Shown here: in pieces, positions 41,097 through 49,868 of the stretch
Layout: the number at the start of each line of letters is the position of its first letter
Position numbering within the stretch: the first letter of the stretch is position 1
Assembly (NCBI GenBank): GCA_963703525.1
Contig: CAVPET010000021.1
Coordinates: 8,446-72,445, forward strand
Length of the DNA: 64,000 nucleotides
Direction: 5' to 3'
Source of the DNA: Ilumatobacteraceae bacterium
Lineage (GTDB): Bacteria; Actinomycetota; Acidimicrobiia; Acidimicrobiales; Ilumatobacteraceae
Position numbers and translations under genes: made by a program
The notes under the pieces: model-generated
What the model saw: only the letters and a program-made list of their open reading frames with translations
What the model was told of the DNA's origin: nothing
Databases searched by the model: none

Positions 41097-41561
41097 TCAG
41101 CTTGCGACCCGCTGGGCGGGCAGGCGGGCGGCTTCGTCGAAAAACTCCTGCAGGCTCTGGTTGAAGCGTGAGAACTTGTCGATACCCATGACGTCGCGAC
41201 CGCGTAGACGGATCGCGTCGCCGACGAGCGTCAGGCTGTTGAGGGTTTGGCGCCCGGTGGCGTGCCCGTTGCGGCGGATGTCGGCAGCCATGTCGCTCCA
41301 GGCGTCGAGCGTTCCTTCGAGCCAGCAGTCAGTCGTGAGTTCGTCGCCCGGCTCCATCTCGGACACGTCGATGCACTGGATGCCCTCGAATGTCAGCCGG
41401 GCGCGGAAGGCGTCGCCGGCCGGCCGGTTGATCACCACGCCGAGCACTACGTCGAGGTCGCCGAGGATCTCGTAGCGTTCGGGGTGGGCGTTCATCTCGG
41501 TGGCCAGTGGTTCGAAGAAGTGGATGTCATCGACTTCGATGTGATCGTCCATGTCGTTCAC
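41097..41561 (-). CDS. SCP2 (sterol-carrier)-like small protein
   Basis: ORF 41097..41561. The pattern '...DCWLEGTLDAWSDMAADIRRNG...LNSLTLVGDAIRLRGRDVMGIDKFSRFNQSL' resembles the SCP2 fold signature. Assigned by eye only. Confidence 0.5.
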   Translation of the reverse strand: MNDMDDHIEVDDIHFFEPLATEMNAHPERYEILGDLDVVLGVVINRPAGDAFRARLTFEGIQCIDVSEMEPGDELTTDCWLEGTLDAWSDMAADIRRNGHATGRQTLNSLTLVGDAIRLRGRDVMGIDKFSRFNQSLQEFFDEAARLPAQRVAS

Positions 41562-41564
41562 CCC

Positions 41565-42659
41565 TCACCCGCCCGCCGCGACGAGGTCGCCTCGGGAGAT
41601 GCCGAGGCTCTCGAGCGGCAGCTTGGTGCGTTCCAGCCGGCTGAGACCGGCCCGTTCGCAGCGGGACAGATACGAAGTGAACTGTTTGGTGACCAGTTCG
41701 GCCTGCATGGGGAAGCCTTTGCTCTCGACGTCGTCGGCGCCGCCGGCGAGCAGGAGGGCGATGGCGGTGCTGAGGTCGGGGGATGCGCCGAAATCGACCA
41801 GCGCCGCCTCGCCCACATCGAGCGCCTCGTGAATCTCCTCCGCAATATCGGGGTCGTGCTCGACGGAATAGCGGATGTGCATCGTGCCATAGGCCACGTG
41901 GCGGGCCTCGTCCTGCATGGCCATCCTGAACATCTTCTTCTCGACGGGGCCCGGCGCCAGCAGCTCGCCCTGGCGGAAGAGGTCGAGGATGAACCCCTCG
42001 CCAAGCAGGTGCAGCAGGGCTGTGGCCTGCGTGTACGTCTTGGCCTCCATGATCGTGCGCAGCAGGGAGGCTGGACCGGCGCGGGACTTGAGCAACCCGC
42101 CACCGTTGGCCAGGGCTCGCTTGCGGAACACCTCGGCATGTCGGGCCTCGTCCATGATCTGGGTGCACAGGAACATCTTCGCTTCGATGAAATCGTGGTT
42201 CATGCGCCACATCCACTTGGCCGGCAGGTCTGCGGCGATCATTTCGACCTCGGTCAGCGTCGTGCACAGCTGGCACATCGCGTGCTCCAAGTCGTTGGGC
42301 AGCTCTTGCAGTTCGTTCCACGGGATGTCACGCGTGGCCGACCACTGGCGGGCCACGGCCTCCTCGTAGAGTTCGCTGACGTTCGCAGCCCAGACGTCGG
42401 ACTTGTGGTTGAGGATGTAGCCCATGTCGGGCGTGTCGGGGTCGATGTCGGCGCCCCGTGGCGCCATCGATCGGTGAGTCGGGTTCTCGGGCACCTCGCC
42501 GTACGACCCCACCGCGATGTCCATCATCGTGAGGCCCCTCGCGCTCGGCTTGGGATGTATCCCCCACTCGCTGCGGGCGCCCCGGAGCCAAAGCCAGTCG
42601 AGGGGCTGGCCGATTCGAGAGGTGTCGGGCAGATTCGGATACGTGTTGGACTCGCCCAT
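41565..42659 (-). CDS. Ferritin-like di-iron carboxylate oxygenase/desaturase-type protein (two E...DEARH motifs)
   Basis: Frame of ORF 41565..42866. Start taken at ATG 42659, preceded by AGGAGG with a 7-nt spacer. Motifs 'TLTEVEMIA...IMDEARHAEVF' and 'LLGEGFILDLF...MQDEARHVAYG'. Confidence 0.7.
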   Translation of the reverse strand: MGESNTYPNLPDTSRIGQPLDWLWLRGARSEWGIHPKPSARGLTMMDIAVGSYGEVPENPTHRSMAPRGADIDPDTPDMGYILNHKSDVWAANVSELYEEAVARQWSATRDIPWNELQELPNDLEHAMCQLCTTLTEVEMIAADLPAKWMWRMNHDFIEAKMFLCTQIMDEARHAEVFRKRALANGGGLLKSRAGPASLLRTIMEAKTYTQATALLHLLGEGFILDLFRQGELLAPGPVEKKMFRMAMQDEARHVAYGTMHIRYSVEHDPDIAEEIHEALDVGEAALVDFGASPDLSTAIALLLAGGADDVESKGFPMQAELVTKQFTSYLSRCERAGLSRLERTKLPLESLGISRGDLVAAGG

Positions 42660-42860
42660 AGCGGTGCCTCCTGATGGTCTCGTGGAGACAACGAGAGCAT
42701 GTAGGCCGACTGGGTGAACAGGGCCGAAAGTCCCTGGGCGCTGTGACTCGCAATCAGGCGGCGGCGAGCGGGTCGATGACCGCGGTGCGCAGATGCTCGA
42801 GGTCATCTCATCGCGCGCTGCTGTTGTGGGAAGGCGGCTTGGTCGTACAGAATCGAACGT

Positions 42861-44345
42861 ATGCACTTGTCGTCGTTGGTCGAGATGGTGGCATCCGCGT
42901 TCGACGACCGGGTGCTGCTCGGCACGACCGGGTCGCCGGTGACAGGAGCCGATATCGGGCGACTGGCGCGGGCCGGAGCATCAACCATCGAGGGTTCATT
43001 CGATGTAGTCGTGTACGTCGGGGAGAACCACCCCATGCTGCCGATCGCCCTGCTTGCCTCGGCGTGGGCAGGTGTTCCGCTCGTGCCCGTGAACTATCGG
43101 CTCGCTGACGACCAACTGAACGCGCTGGTTGCCCGCCAGGCAGGTGCGCTCGTCCTTGCCGATCCGCGGACGGCTTCCCGTCTGACAGCGCCCAAGGTGC
43201 TGACGCTCGACGACTGGATCGATTCGTTGGCTGAGGTGGAGTCGTGGACGCGGCCCGCCGACGACGACGAGCAGGTTGCCGTTGTGCTCTACACCAGTGG
43301 CACGACGTCGGAGCCGAAGGCGGCGCTCCTTCGGCACCGTCACCTGATGGCGTATCTCCTCGGATCGGTCGAGTTCGGTGGAGCAGCTCCTTGCGAGGCG
43401 GCGCTCGTGTCGGTTCCGCCGTATCACATCGCGGGTATGGCCAACCTGCTGTCGAACCTGTTCGCCGGGCGTCGCCTCGTCTACCTGCCGACCTTCGATG
43501 CGAACAGATGGCTGCAGACAGTGCGGGCCGAGAAGATCACGCACGCGATGGTCGTTCCCACGATGCTCGCTCGGATCGTCGATGCGCTCGGCGGGGCTCC
43601 ATCGAACACGCCGTCACTGCGCTCGCTGTCCTATGGCGGTGCGAGTGTGTCGGAACGGGTGATCGTTGCTGCGCTCGAAGCGTTTGCGTCAACCGGATTC
43701 GTCAACGCCTACGGTCTGACCGAGACGGCTTCCACGATTGCCGTCCTCGGCCCCGCCGAGCATCGTGATGCACTGTCGTCGGACGACCCTTCGGTTCGGC
43801 GTCGGCTCTCCTCGGTGGGGCGACTGCTGCCGGAGATCGAGATCGAGATCCGCGATGATCTCGACCGAGTGGCGTCACCGGGCGAGATCGGGATCATCCA
43901 TCTACGCGGCGAACAAGTCAGTGGCGAGTACTCCACCGGCAGTGTGCTCGACGCTGATGGCTGGTTCTGCACCCGCGACCGCGGGGCGGTCGACGCCGAT
44001 GGCTACTTGTTCATCGAAGGTCGTGCCGACGACACGATCATCCGTGGAGGTGAGAACATCGCCCCCGCCGAGATCGAAGAGGTGCTGTACCGGGACGACG
44101 GCGTCGCCGAGGTCTGCGTCGTCGGTGTGCCGGACGACGAGTGGGGACAGCGCATCGTCGCGGTCGTGGTTCCCAGACACGGCAATGTCGAAGCCGAGTC
44201 GCTGCGCGAACTCGTCCGGTCCGAGCTCCGGGGCTCGAAGACACCGGACCTGATCGTCTTTCGTGACGAGCTGCCGCACACCGAGACCGGCAAGCTCCTG
44301 CGGCGGGTCGTGTTGCAGGAGCTCTGCGACACCCTCGAGCCGTGA
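42861..44345 (+). CDS. AMP-dependent acyl-CoA synthetase/ligase
   Basis: ORF 42861..44345. 'VLYTSGTTSEPKAALLRH', 'TGDRG-like CTRDRGAVDADGYLFIEGRADD', '...TETGKLLRR'. Confidence 0.85.
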   Translation: MHLSSLVEMVASAFDDRVLLGTTGSPVTGADIGRLARAGASTIEGSFDVVVYVGENHPMLPIALLASAWAGVPLVPVNYRLADDQLNALVARQAGALVLADPRTASRLTAPKVLTLDDWIDSLAEVESWTRPADDDEQVAVVLYTSGTTSEPKAALLRHRHLMAYLLGSVEFGGAAPCEAALVSVPPYHIAGMANLLSNLFAGRRLVYLPTFDANRWLQTVRAEKITHAMVVPTMLARIVDALGGAPSNTPSLRSLSYGGASVSERVIVAALEAFASTGFVNAYGLTETASTIAVLGPAEHRDALSSDDPSVRRRLSSVGRLLPEIEIEIRDDLDRVASPGEIGIIHLRGEQVSGEYSTGSVLDADGWFCTRDRGAVDADGYLFIEGRADDTIIRGGENIAPAEIEEVLYRDDGVAEVCVVGVPDDEWGQRIVAVVVPRHGNVEAESLRELVRSELRGSKTPDLIVFRDELPHTETGKLLRRVVLQELCDTLEP

Positions 44346-44372
44346 TACCTGCGCGCCGTGAAACGTGCGACG

Positions 44373-45374
44373 TCAGACGGCGTTCTCGGCGATCGCGTCC
44401 ACCAGTCCCCAGGCGAGAGCGGTCTCGGCGTCGATCATCCTGCCGGTCAACGCGAGGGCGGCCGCGCGTTGACGGCCGATCCGCCGCGAGACACTGACGG
44501 TACCGCCGGCCCCGGGGATCAGGCCGAGCCCGATTTCCGGAAGCCCGATCGATGTGTCGGGATGGGCAATCAGTCGCGACGCGAACGCGGCGATCTCGAT
44601 TCCGCCACCGAGGGTCGACCCATGGATGTAGGCGGTCGTGCGCTCACCCAACTGGTTGACCAGGCGCGCCGGGCTGCAGGCGAGGCGCGTGACGTGCGCC
44701 GTCGCCGGGTCGGAACGGCTACCGAACTCGCCGAGGTCTCCACCGCTGCAGAACGATGGCCCGTTACCACACAGCACGACCGATGCGATCGAGTCGTCGA
44801 CGATGGCGATGGTCAAGGCAGCGTGCAGTTCGTTTCGGAGTTGCGTGGAAATCGCATTGTGGCGGTGCGGGCGATCGAGCCGCACGATCAACTCGTCGGC
44901 TCGCCGCGTCACCTCGACGACCGATCCGGTCTCTGTCGCTGGAGCGGTTGTCGCCGCGGCATGCCACGTCGCGAACTCAGGGCCGGATTGGAGTACGGAG
45001 TACGCGGCCGACTCTGCGGCGAGCCCGTGCTCCACCGACAGATCGTGCTGGGACCGGAGCAGCACGGCGAGGGTCGCCGCGGCGATAGGGGCACGCAAGA
45101 TGCTCGCCGTCACCTCGTCCACGTCGTCCGCGCCGAGTACGACATCGGCATTCGGCGGGCCGATGCCGCCCAGTTCAGCCCCCATCCAGCACACCACAAG
45201 CGGAAGGGCGCCGGGCGAAGCGATCTCTGTCGCCTCCCCGATGATCACGACGGCGGTGATCGGATCGTCGCCCGCGATCTGCTCGTCGAGGAACGGCGAT
45301 CGAATGAACTCGTCGTACTCGAGCGGGGTGAGTTCGATGTAGCTGATGTCAGAAGCGTAGAACAACGCGACCAA
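44373..45374 (-). CDS. Enoyl-CoA hydratase/isomerase (crotonase) family protein with an extra ~140-aa N-terminal region
   Basis: ORF 44373..45374 (TTG start). Crotonase core 'LDRPHRHNAIS...VLCGNGPSFCSGGDL...GGGIEIAAF...GLPEIGLGLIPGAGGT'. Confidence 0.8.
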   Translation of the reverse strand: MVALFYASDISYIELTPLEYDEFIRSPFLDEQIAGDDPITAVVIIGEATEIASPGALPLVVCWMGAELGGIGPPNADVVLGADDVDEVTASILRAPIAAATLAVLLRSQHDLSVEHGLAAESAAYSVLQSGPEFATWHAAATTAPATETGSVVEVTRRADELIVRLDRPHRHNAISTQLRNELHAALTIAIVDDSIASVVLCGNGPSFCSGGDLGEFGSRSDPATAHVTRLACSPARLVNQLGERTTAYIHGSTLGGGIEIAAFASRLIAHPDTSIGLPEIGLGLIPGAGGTVSVSRRIGRQRAAALALTGRMIDAETALAWGLVDAIAENAV

Positions 45375-45383
45375 GATGGCCCG

Positions 45384-46610
45384 GTGACCTGGGAACCCCT
45401 CGTGCCCGCGTGGGATCGCGCCGATGTCGATGCGGCGAACCTTTGGCAGCAGTCAGGTTGCGCGTGGCTGACCGCACGTGGGGTCGCGGTTCCCGTACGC
45501 CTGGTGCGCGAGGCAGCCGGGCTGGTCGCCTTCCTCGACGCCCGAGGAGCGGGCCTTGCCGGGCTGGTCGGCGCCGCGGGGGTCGGGCTGCTCGGTGAAC
45601 GCGCCGCCGTGCTCGGGCTGACGCCGTCGGGCACGACGAGTTGCGGGGGAGCCGGCCGACTACTGCGTTCGGCCGATGGGTGGGTCGCGGTGACGATGGC
45701 CCGAGCCGACGACATCGCCGCGATTCCCGCCTGGCTCGGAACCGGGATCGGCGAGGCTCCGTGGGATTCGATCGAGGTTGCTGTGCGGTCCGAGACGAGC
45801 GATCAGCTCGTCGGGCAGGCCATCGAGCTCGGCTTGGCGTGCGCTGCGGTCGGTGAGGTCGTCGATTCCCGGCCGGTGCTCATGGAACCGCACGGGCCTG
45901 CTCCACCCAGACCTCTCGCTGGGACGGTGGTGGCCAATCTCGCTTCGCTCTGGGCCGGTCCACTGGCAGGCGATGTGCTCGCCCGGCTCGGCGCCCGGGT
46001 GATCACCATCGAGAGTTCGACACGCCCCGACGGGGCTCGGAACCAGCCGCCGTTCTTCGAGGCCCTGCATGGGCGCTGCGAATCGGTTGCGCTCGAGCTG
46101 AACACCGATCGCGGGCGCGGTCAGTTGCGACAGCTGCTCACCTCCGTCGACGTCGTGGTCGAGGGCTCGCGGCCGCGAGCCCTCGAGCAGATGGGGGTCG
46201 ATGCGCATGTGCTCACGCGATCAGGGCCGAAGTTGTGGGTGACGATCACCGGGTACGGTCGAGACCTCCCGCTCGGGTACCGGGTCGGTTTCGGCGATGA
46301 CTCGGCGGCTGCCGGGGGGCTGGTCGGTTGGGTCGGCGAGGCCCCGACGTTCCTCGCGGACGCGGTCGCGGATCCTCTGACCGGGCTCACCGTTGCCGCG
46401 ACGATCGCGCAACTTCTCGAGGCTTCCGGGCGATGGTTGGTCGATGTCGCCCTGTCCCGCGTCGCGGCGGGCGCGTCGGGACTCGATGGTGTGCCGGTCC
46501 GAAGTTCAGTCTCGCCGCAAGCTCCGACGCGGCGCGTCGATCCCGGTGCGCCTCTGCCCCTTGGTCGCGATACCGGCACCGTTCTGCGCGAGTTCGGTAT
46601 CGAGCCGTGA
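45384..46610 (+). CDS. Family III CoA-transferase-like protein with unusual domain order
   Basis: GTG 45384 in the frame of ORF 44358..46610. The first 340 codons of that ORF are antisense to the crotonase gene. The nucleotide-fold motif 'VVANLASLWAGPLAGDVLARLGARVITIE' lies mid-protein. The C-terminus '...PLPLGRDTGTVLREFG' is typical. Confidence 0.65.
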   Translation: MTWEPLVPAWDRADVDAANLWQQSGCAWLTARGVAVPVRLVREAAGLVAFLDARGAGLAGLVGAAGVGLLGERAAVLGLTPSGTTSCGGAGRLLRSADGWVAVTMARADDIAAIPAWLGTGIGEAPWDSIEVAVRSETSDQLVGQAIELGLACAAVGEVVDSRPVLMEPHGPAPPRPLAGTVVANLASLWAGPLAGDVLARLGARVITIESSTRPDGARNQPPFFEALHGRCESVALELNTDRGRGQLRQLLTSVDVVVEGSRPRALEQMGVDAHVLTRSGPKLWVTITGYGRDLPLGYRVGFGDDSAAAGGLVGWVGEAPTFLADAVADPLTGLTVAATIAQLLEASGRWLVDVALSRVAAGASGLDGVPVRSSVSPQAPTRRVDPGAPLPLGRDTGTVLREFGIEP

Positions 46611-48079
46611 CGGATGGGGTTCTCATCCGTCACGCCGAGGTCGGCGGCCGCATCGTCGACGTCGCCTGGCGCGACGGCGTCGTGGTGGCCGTCGAGGAAT
46701 CGGCTCGTCGAGGAGCCCGTGGGATCGGCGTCGGTTGTTCGGCCATCGCTCCGGGGGATCGCGAGATGGTGATCGTCGATGCCGATGGAGCTGCGTTGTT
46801 ACCCGGTTTGCACGATCACCATCTTCACCTGCTCGCGCTCGCCGCGGCCCGCCTGTCGACATTGGTGGGTCCACCGGCAGTGGGTTCGGCGGAGGAGTTT
46901 GCTGCGTCGCTGAGCGCGGCGTGCCGGGAGAACAACGGCGGATGGGTTCGTGCGATCGGATACCACGAGTCGGTGGCCGGCCCGCTCGATGCCGAGCGGC
47001 TCGATCGGCTTGTGCCTTCAGGCCATGACACCGCGATCCGCGTTCAGCATCGATCGGGGCAACTCTGGATGCTCAACCGGCGCGCCGTCGAACTCGTGGG
47101 CCTTGCCGAAGTCGACCACGTCGGCGTCGAGCGTGACGCATCCGGCGCGCCGACCGGTCGTGTCTTCGGATTCGACGGCGAACTGCGCAGGCGGCTCACG
47201 GTCGGCGAGCCGGATCTCGTGGCGGTCGGGCGGGAACTCGCGTCGTACGGGATCACGGGGGTCACCGACATGACGCCGACGGACGACGCTGGGGAGGTCG
47301 AGATGCTCGCGCGGCATGTGAGCGCGCCCAACTTTCCGATCGAGGTCACGATCAGCGGCGGGCCTTGTCTCGATCCAGCGGCAGGACGGACGCTGGACCA
47401 CGGTCCGGTCAAGTTCCTGCCGATCGAGAGCCGGGGGATCGACCCTGACGAACTCGCTGCGGGTTTCATGTCGGCACACGCTGCGGGGCGTTCGGTTGCC
47501 GTGCACTGCGTGACCCGGATCGGACTGGTCATGGCGATCGCCGCGTGGCGCGTTGCCGGAGTCCGTCCGGGCGACCGTATCGAGCACGGAGGCGTGATCC
47601 CGGAGGATCTCATCGACGAGATCGGTGCATTCGGCTTGCTGGTGGTGACCCAACCGAACTTCGTCGCCGAACGAGGTGCCCGCTACCTCGTCGATGTGGA
47701 CACGCACGACCAGCCCCACCTGTGGCGCTGCGCAACGCTGCTCGATCGTGGCATCGGCGTGGCGGCGGGGACCGATGCTCCGTTCGGTCATCCAGATCCT
47801 TGGCGAGCGGTAGTCGCCGCCGTTCATCGCATGACGACGCACGGCGACGTCCTGGGCCCCGCCGAGCGCGTGTCGTCGGCAGTGGCGTTGTCGCTCTTCC
47901 TCGGTGGTCCAAGGCGCCCGACCGTGCGCCGAGTCGTGCGAACGGGTGAGCAGACCGGTCTCTGTCTGTTGAATCGCCCGTTGTCGATCGCGCTGCGCGA
48001 GCCGACTTCCGACGCAGTGCGCCTCACCGTCGGCCGCGCAGGTGTGACGATGTCACGGACCGGACATCCGCCGTCCTGA
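46607..48079 (+). CDS. Metal-dependent amidohydrolase (amidohydrolase-3 / YtcJ-like)
   Basis: GTG 46607 overlaps the upstream stop (GTGA), in the frame of ORF 46328..48079. 'LLPGLHDHHLHL', 'VAVHCV', 'AAGTDAPF'. Confidence 0.75.
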   Translation: MTDGVLIRHAEVGGRIVDVAWRDGVVVAVEESARRGARGIGVGCSAIAPGDREMVIVDADGAALLPGLHDHHLHLLALAAARLSTLVGPPAVGSAEEFAASLSAACRENNGGWVRAIGYHESVAGPLDAERLDRLVPSGHDTAIRVQHRSGQLWMLNRRAVELVGLAEVDHVGVERDASGAPTGRVFGFDGELRRRLTVGEPDLVAVGRELASYGITGVTDMTPTDDAGEVEMLARHVSAPNFPIEVTISGGPCLDPAAGRTLDHGPVKFLPIESRGIDPDELAAGFMSAHAAGRSVAVHCVTRIGLVMAIAAWRVAGVRPGDRIEHGGVIPEDLIDEIGAFGLLVVTQPNFVAERGARYLVDVDTHDQPHLWRCATLLDRGIGVAAGTDAPFGHPDPWRAVVAAVHRMTTHGDVLGPAERVSSAVALSLFLGGPRRPTVRRVVRTGEQTGLCLLNRPLSIALREPTSDAVRLTVGRAGVTMSRTGHPPS

Positions 48080-48160
48080 ACGAGGTCACCGTCCGAAGAG
48101 GGCTCATCGTGGTGAACAGGGCACCGGGTTGAGATGTGACGCGGTCGTTAGATACGGTGG

Positions 48161-49858
48161 GTGATGCCGTGGAACAGCTTCGGCGGAGATGACTCACCAG
48201 GTAAGGCAGTAGCGATGCTCCAGAGCCACCCAGACCCGGACGTCCCCGCGAGCGGGTCGGCGTGGTATCGGGCGTTCGGCTTCGTCTCCGACGAGACGAC
48301 CGGCATTCTGCTGGAACGCGCAGCCGCCAGATTCCCTGACCGCGACGCCGTGGTCGACCTCTGTGACGGGGACCCGCAGCGGTTCACGTACGCAGAGTGC
48401 CTCGACACTGTCCGCCGCTTTGCCACCTTCCTCCGGCGAAATGGGGTGGAGCCGGGCGATGTCGTGCAGATTCAGGCGCCCAACTCGGCCGCGGTGATCT
48501 TCGCCTGTTGGGCAGCGTGGCGCATCGGGGCGGTGATCAATCCGGTCGTCGACATTTATCACACCCACGAACTTCGACACATCGTCGCCCAGGCCGCACC
48601 GGATGTCGTGATCACGGTGGCCGAGTACCGGGATTTCGCGCACGCCGCCGCGTTCGACGAGTTGGCCGCCGAGCAGGACCTCGTGCTGAAGGCGCGAGTG
48701 ACGTTGGGCGCGGGCGACCATCCCGGATGGACGCCGTGGTCGGCGGCCATCGACAATGACGGCGCCGATGCCGAGCGCGCGAAGGTCGGCCCGGATGACC
48801 CGACGCTCGTGCTGTTCACGTCGGGTACGACGTCGCTACCGAAGGGCGCCGTTCACTCCCACCGAACCCTGATCGCCGAGACGATCCAGATGGCGAACGG
48901 CTGGTCCATGGGGTGGATGGATCGGATGCATCTCCCCAAGCCGATCGCCCACATCACCGGTGTGCTGTTCTCGTTGACCGTGCCGGTGTATCGGGGCGGC
49001 ACGGTCGTTCTGTCGAGGATCGTGTCGCTGCAACAGGTGGTCGACGAGACCGTCGAGCACCGCGTCACCGTCACGGCGATGGCGCCCCATGCCATCCCGT
49101 TGCTCGTCGAGGCGTACCGGCGCGCCGGGATCTCGTCGGTGCCCCTGCGTGTACTCGCCAGCGGCGGCATGAACGTGCCTGCAGTACTCATCGAGGCTGC
49201 CGAGGCGCTCGGAATCCGGCCGTGCCGCATCTACGGCATGACGGAGATGCCGACCGTGACGATGCCCGCTCCGGCCGACACGGCACGTCAGCGTCTGCAA
49301 ACCGACGGCAGGATCGCCCCAGGCTGCGAGTGTGAGGCCGTCGACCCCGAGACCCGAGCCCCTCGACCCACGGGAACGGAGGGTGAGTTGCGCGTGCGCG
49401 GGCCGGAACGCATGTTGCGTTATCTCGACGCGGCGCAGACCCACGACCAGATCGACGGTGACGGATGGTTCCACACGGGCGATCTCGGGGTGGTCGACGA
49501 CGAAGGCTGCGTGACGATCACCGGTCGTATCAAGGACATCATCAACCGGGGCGGCGAGAAGTTCTCGGCTCGTGACATCGAAGACGTCGTCGTCGGCCAC
49601 CCGGCGGTGGCCGAGATCGCCGTGGTCGCCGGTCCCGATCGACGTTTCGGTGAGGTCCCTGTGGCGTTCGTCGTTCCATCGGCGGACCGGGTTCCGTCTC
49701 CGCCCGAGCTCATCGCCGAACTCGAACACGCCGGCGTCGCCCGCCAGAAGACGCCCGTCGCCTGGCACATCGTCGACGAGCTGCCGAAGAATGCCTCCGG
49801 CAAGGTCATGAAGTTCGAACTCATCGAGCGCCTCGGCGCCACCTCCCCTGACGACTGA
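48161..49858 (+). CDS. AMP-dependent acyl-CoA synthetase/ligase
   Basis: ORF 48161..49858. 'VLFTSGTTSLPKGAVHSHR', 'YGMTE', 'FHTGDLGVVDDEGCVTITGRIKD', '...KNASGKV'. The start could be ATG 48215. Confidence 0.85.
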   Translation: MMPWNSFGGDDSPGKAVAMLQSHPDPDVPASGSAWYRAFGFVSDETTGILLERAAARFPDRDAVVDLCDGDPQRFTYAECLDTVRRFATFLRRNGVEPGDVVQIQAPNSAAVIFACWAAWRIGAVINPVVDIYHTHELRHIVAQAAPDVVITVAEYRDFAHAAAFDELAAEQDLVLKARVTLGAGDHPGWTPWSAAIDNDGADAERAKVGPDDPTLVLFTSGTTSLPKGAVHSHRTLIAETIQMANGWSMGWMDRMHLPKPIAHITGVLFSLTVPVYRGGTVVLSRIVSLQQVVDETVEHRVTVTAMAPHAIPLLVEAYRRAGISSVPLRVLASGGMNVPAVLIEAAEALGIRPCRIYGMTEMPTVTMPAPADTARQRLQTDGRIAPGCECEAVDPETRAPRPTGTEGELRVRGPERMLRYLDAAQTHDQIDGDGWFHTGDLGVVDDEGCVTITGRIKDIINRGGEKFSARDIEDVVVGHPAVAEIAVVAGPDRRFGEVPVAFVVPSADRVPSPPELIAELEHAGVARQKTPVAWHIVDELPKNASGKVMKFELIERLGATSPDD

Positions 49859-49868
49859 AGGAGTCCCG

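Noticed and set aside
44358-45383. N-terminal 340 codons of the 750-aa ORF 44358..46610
   Set aside because: This part is antisense to the well-supported crotonase gene (44373-45374) and translates to Arg/Gly-rich junk. CoA-transferase similarity begins only after GTG 45384.
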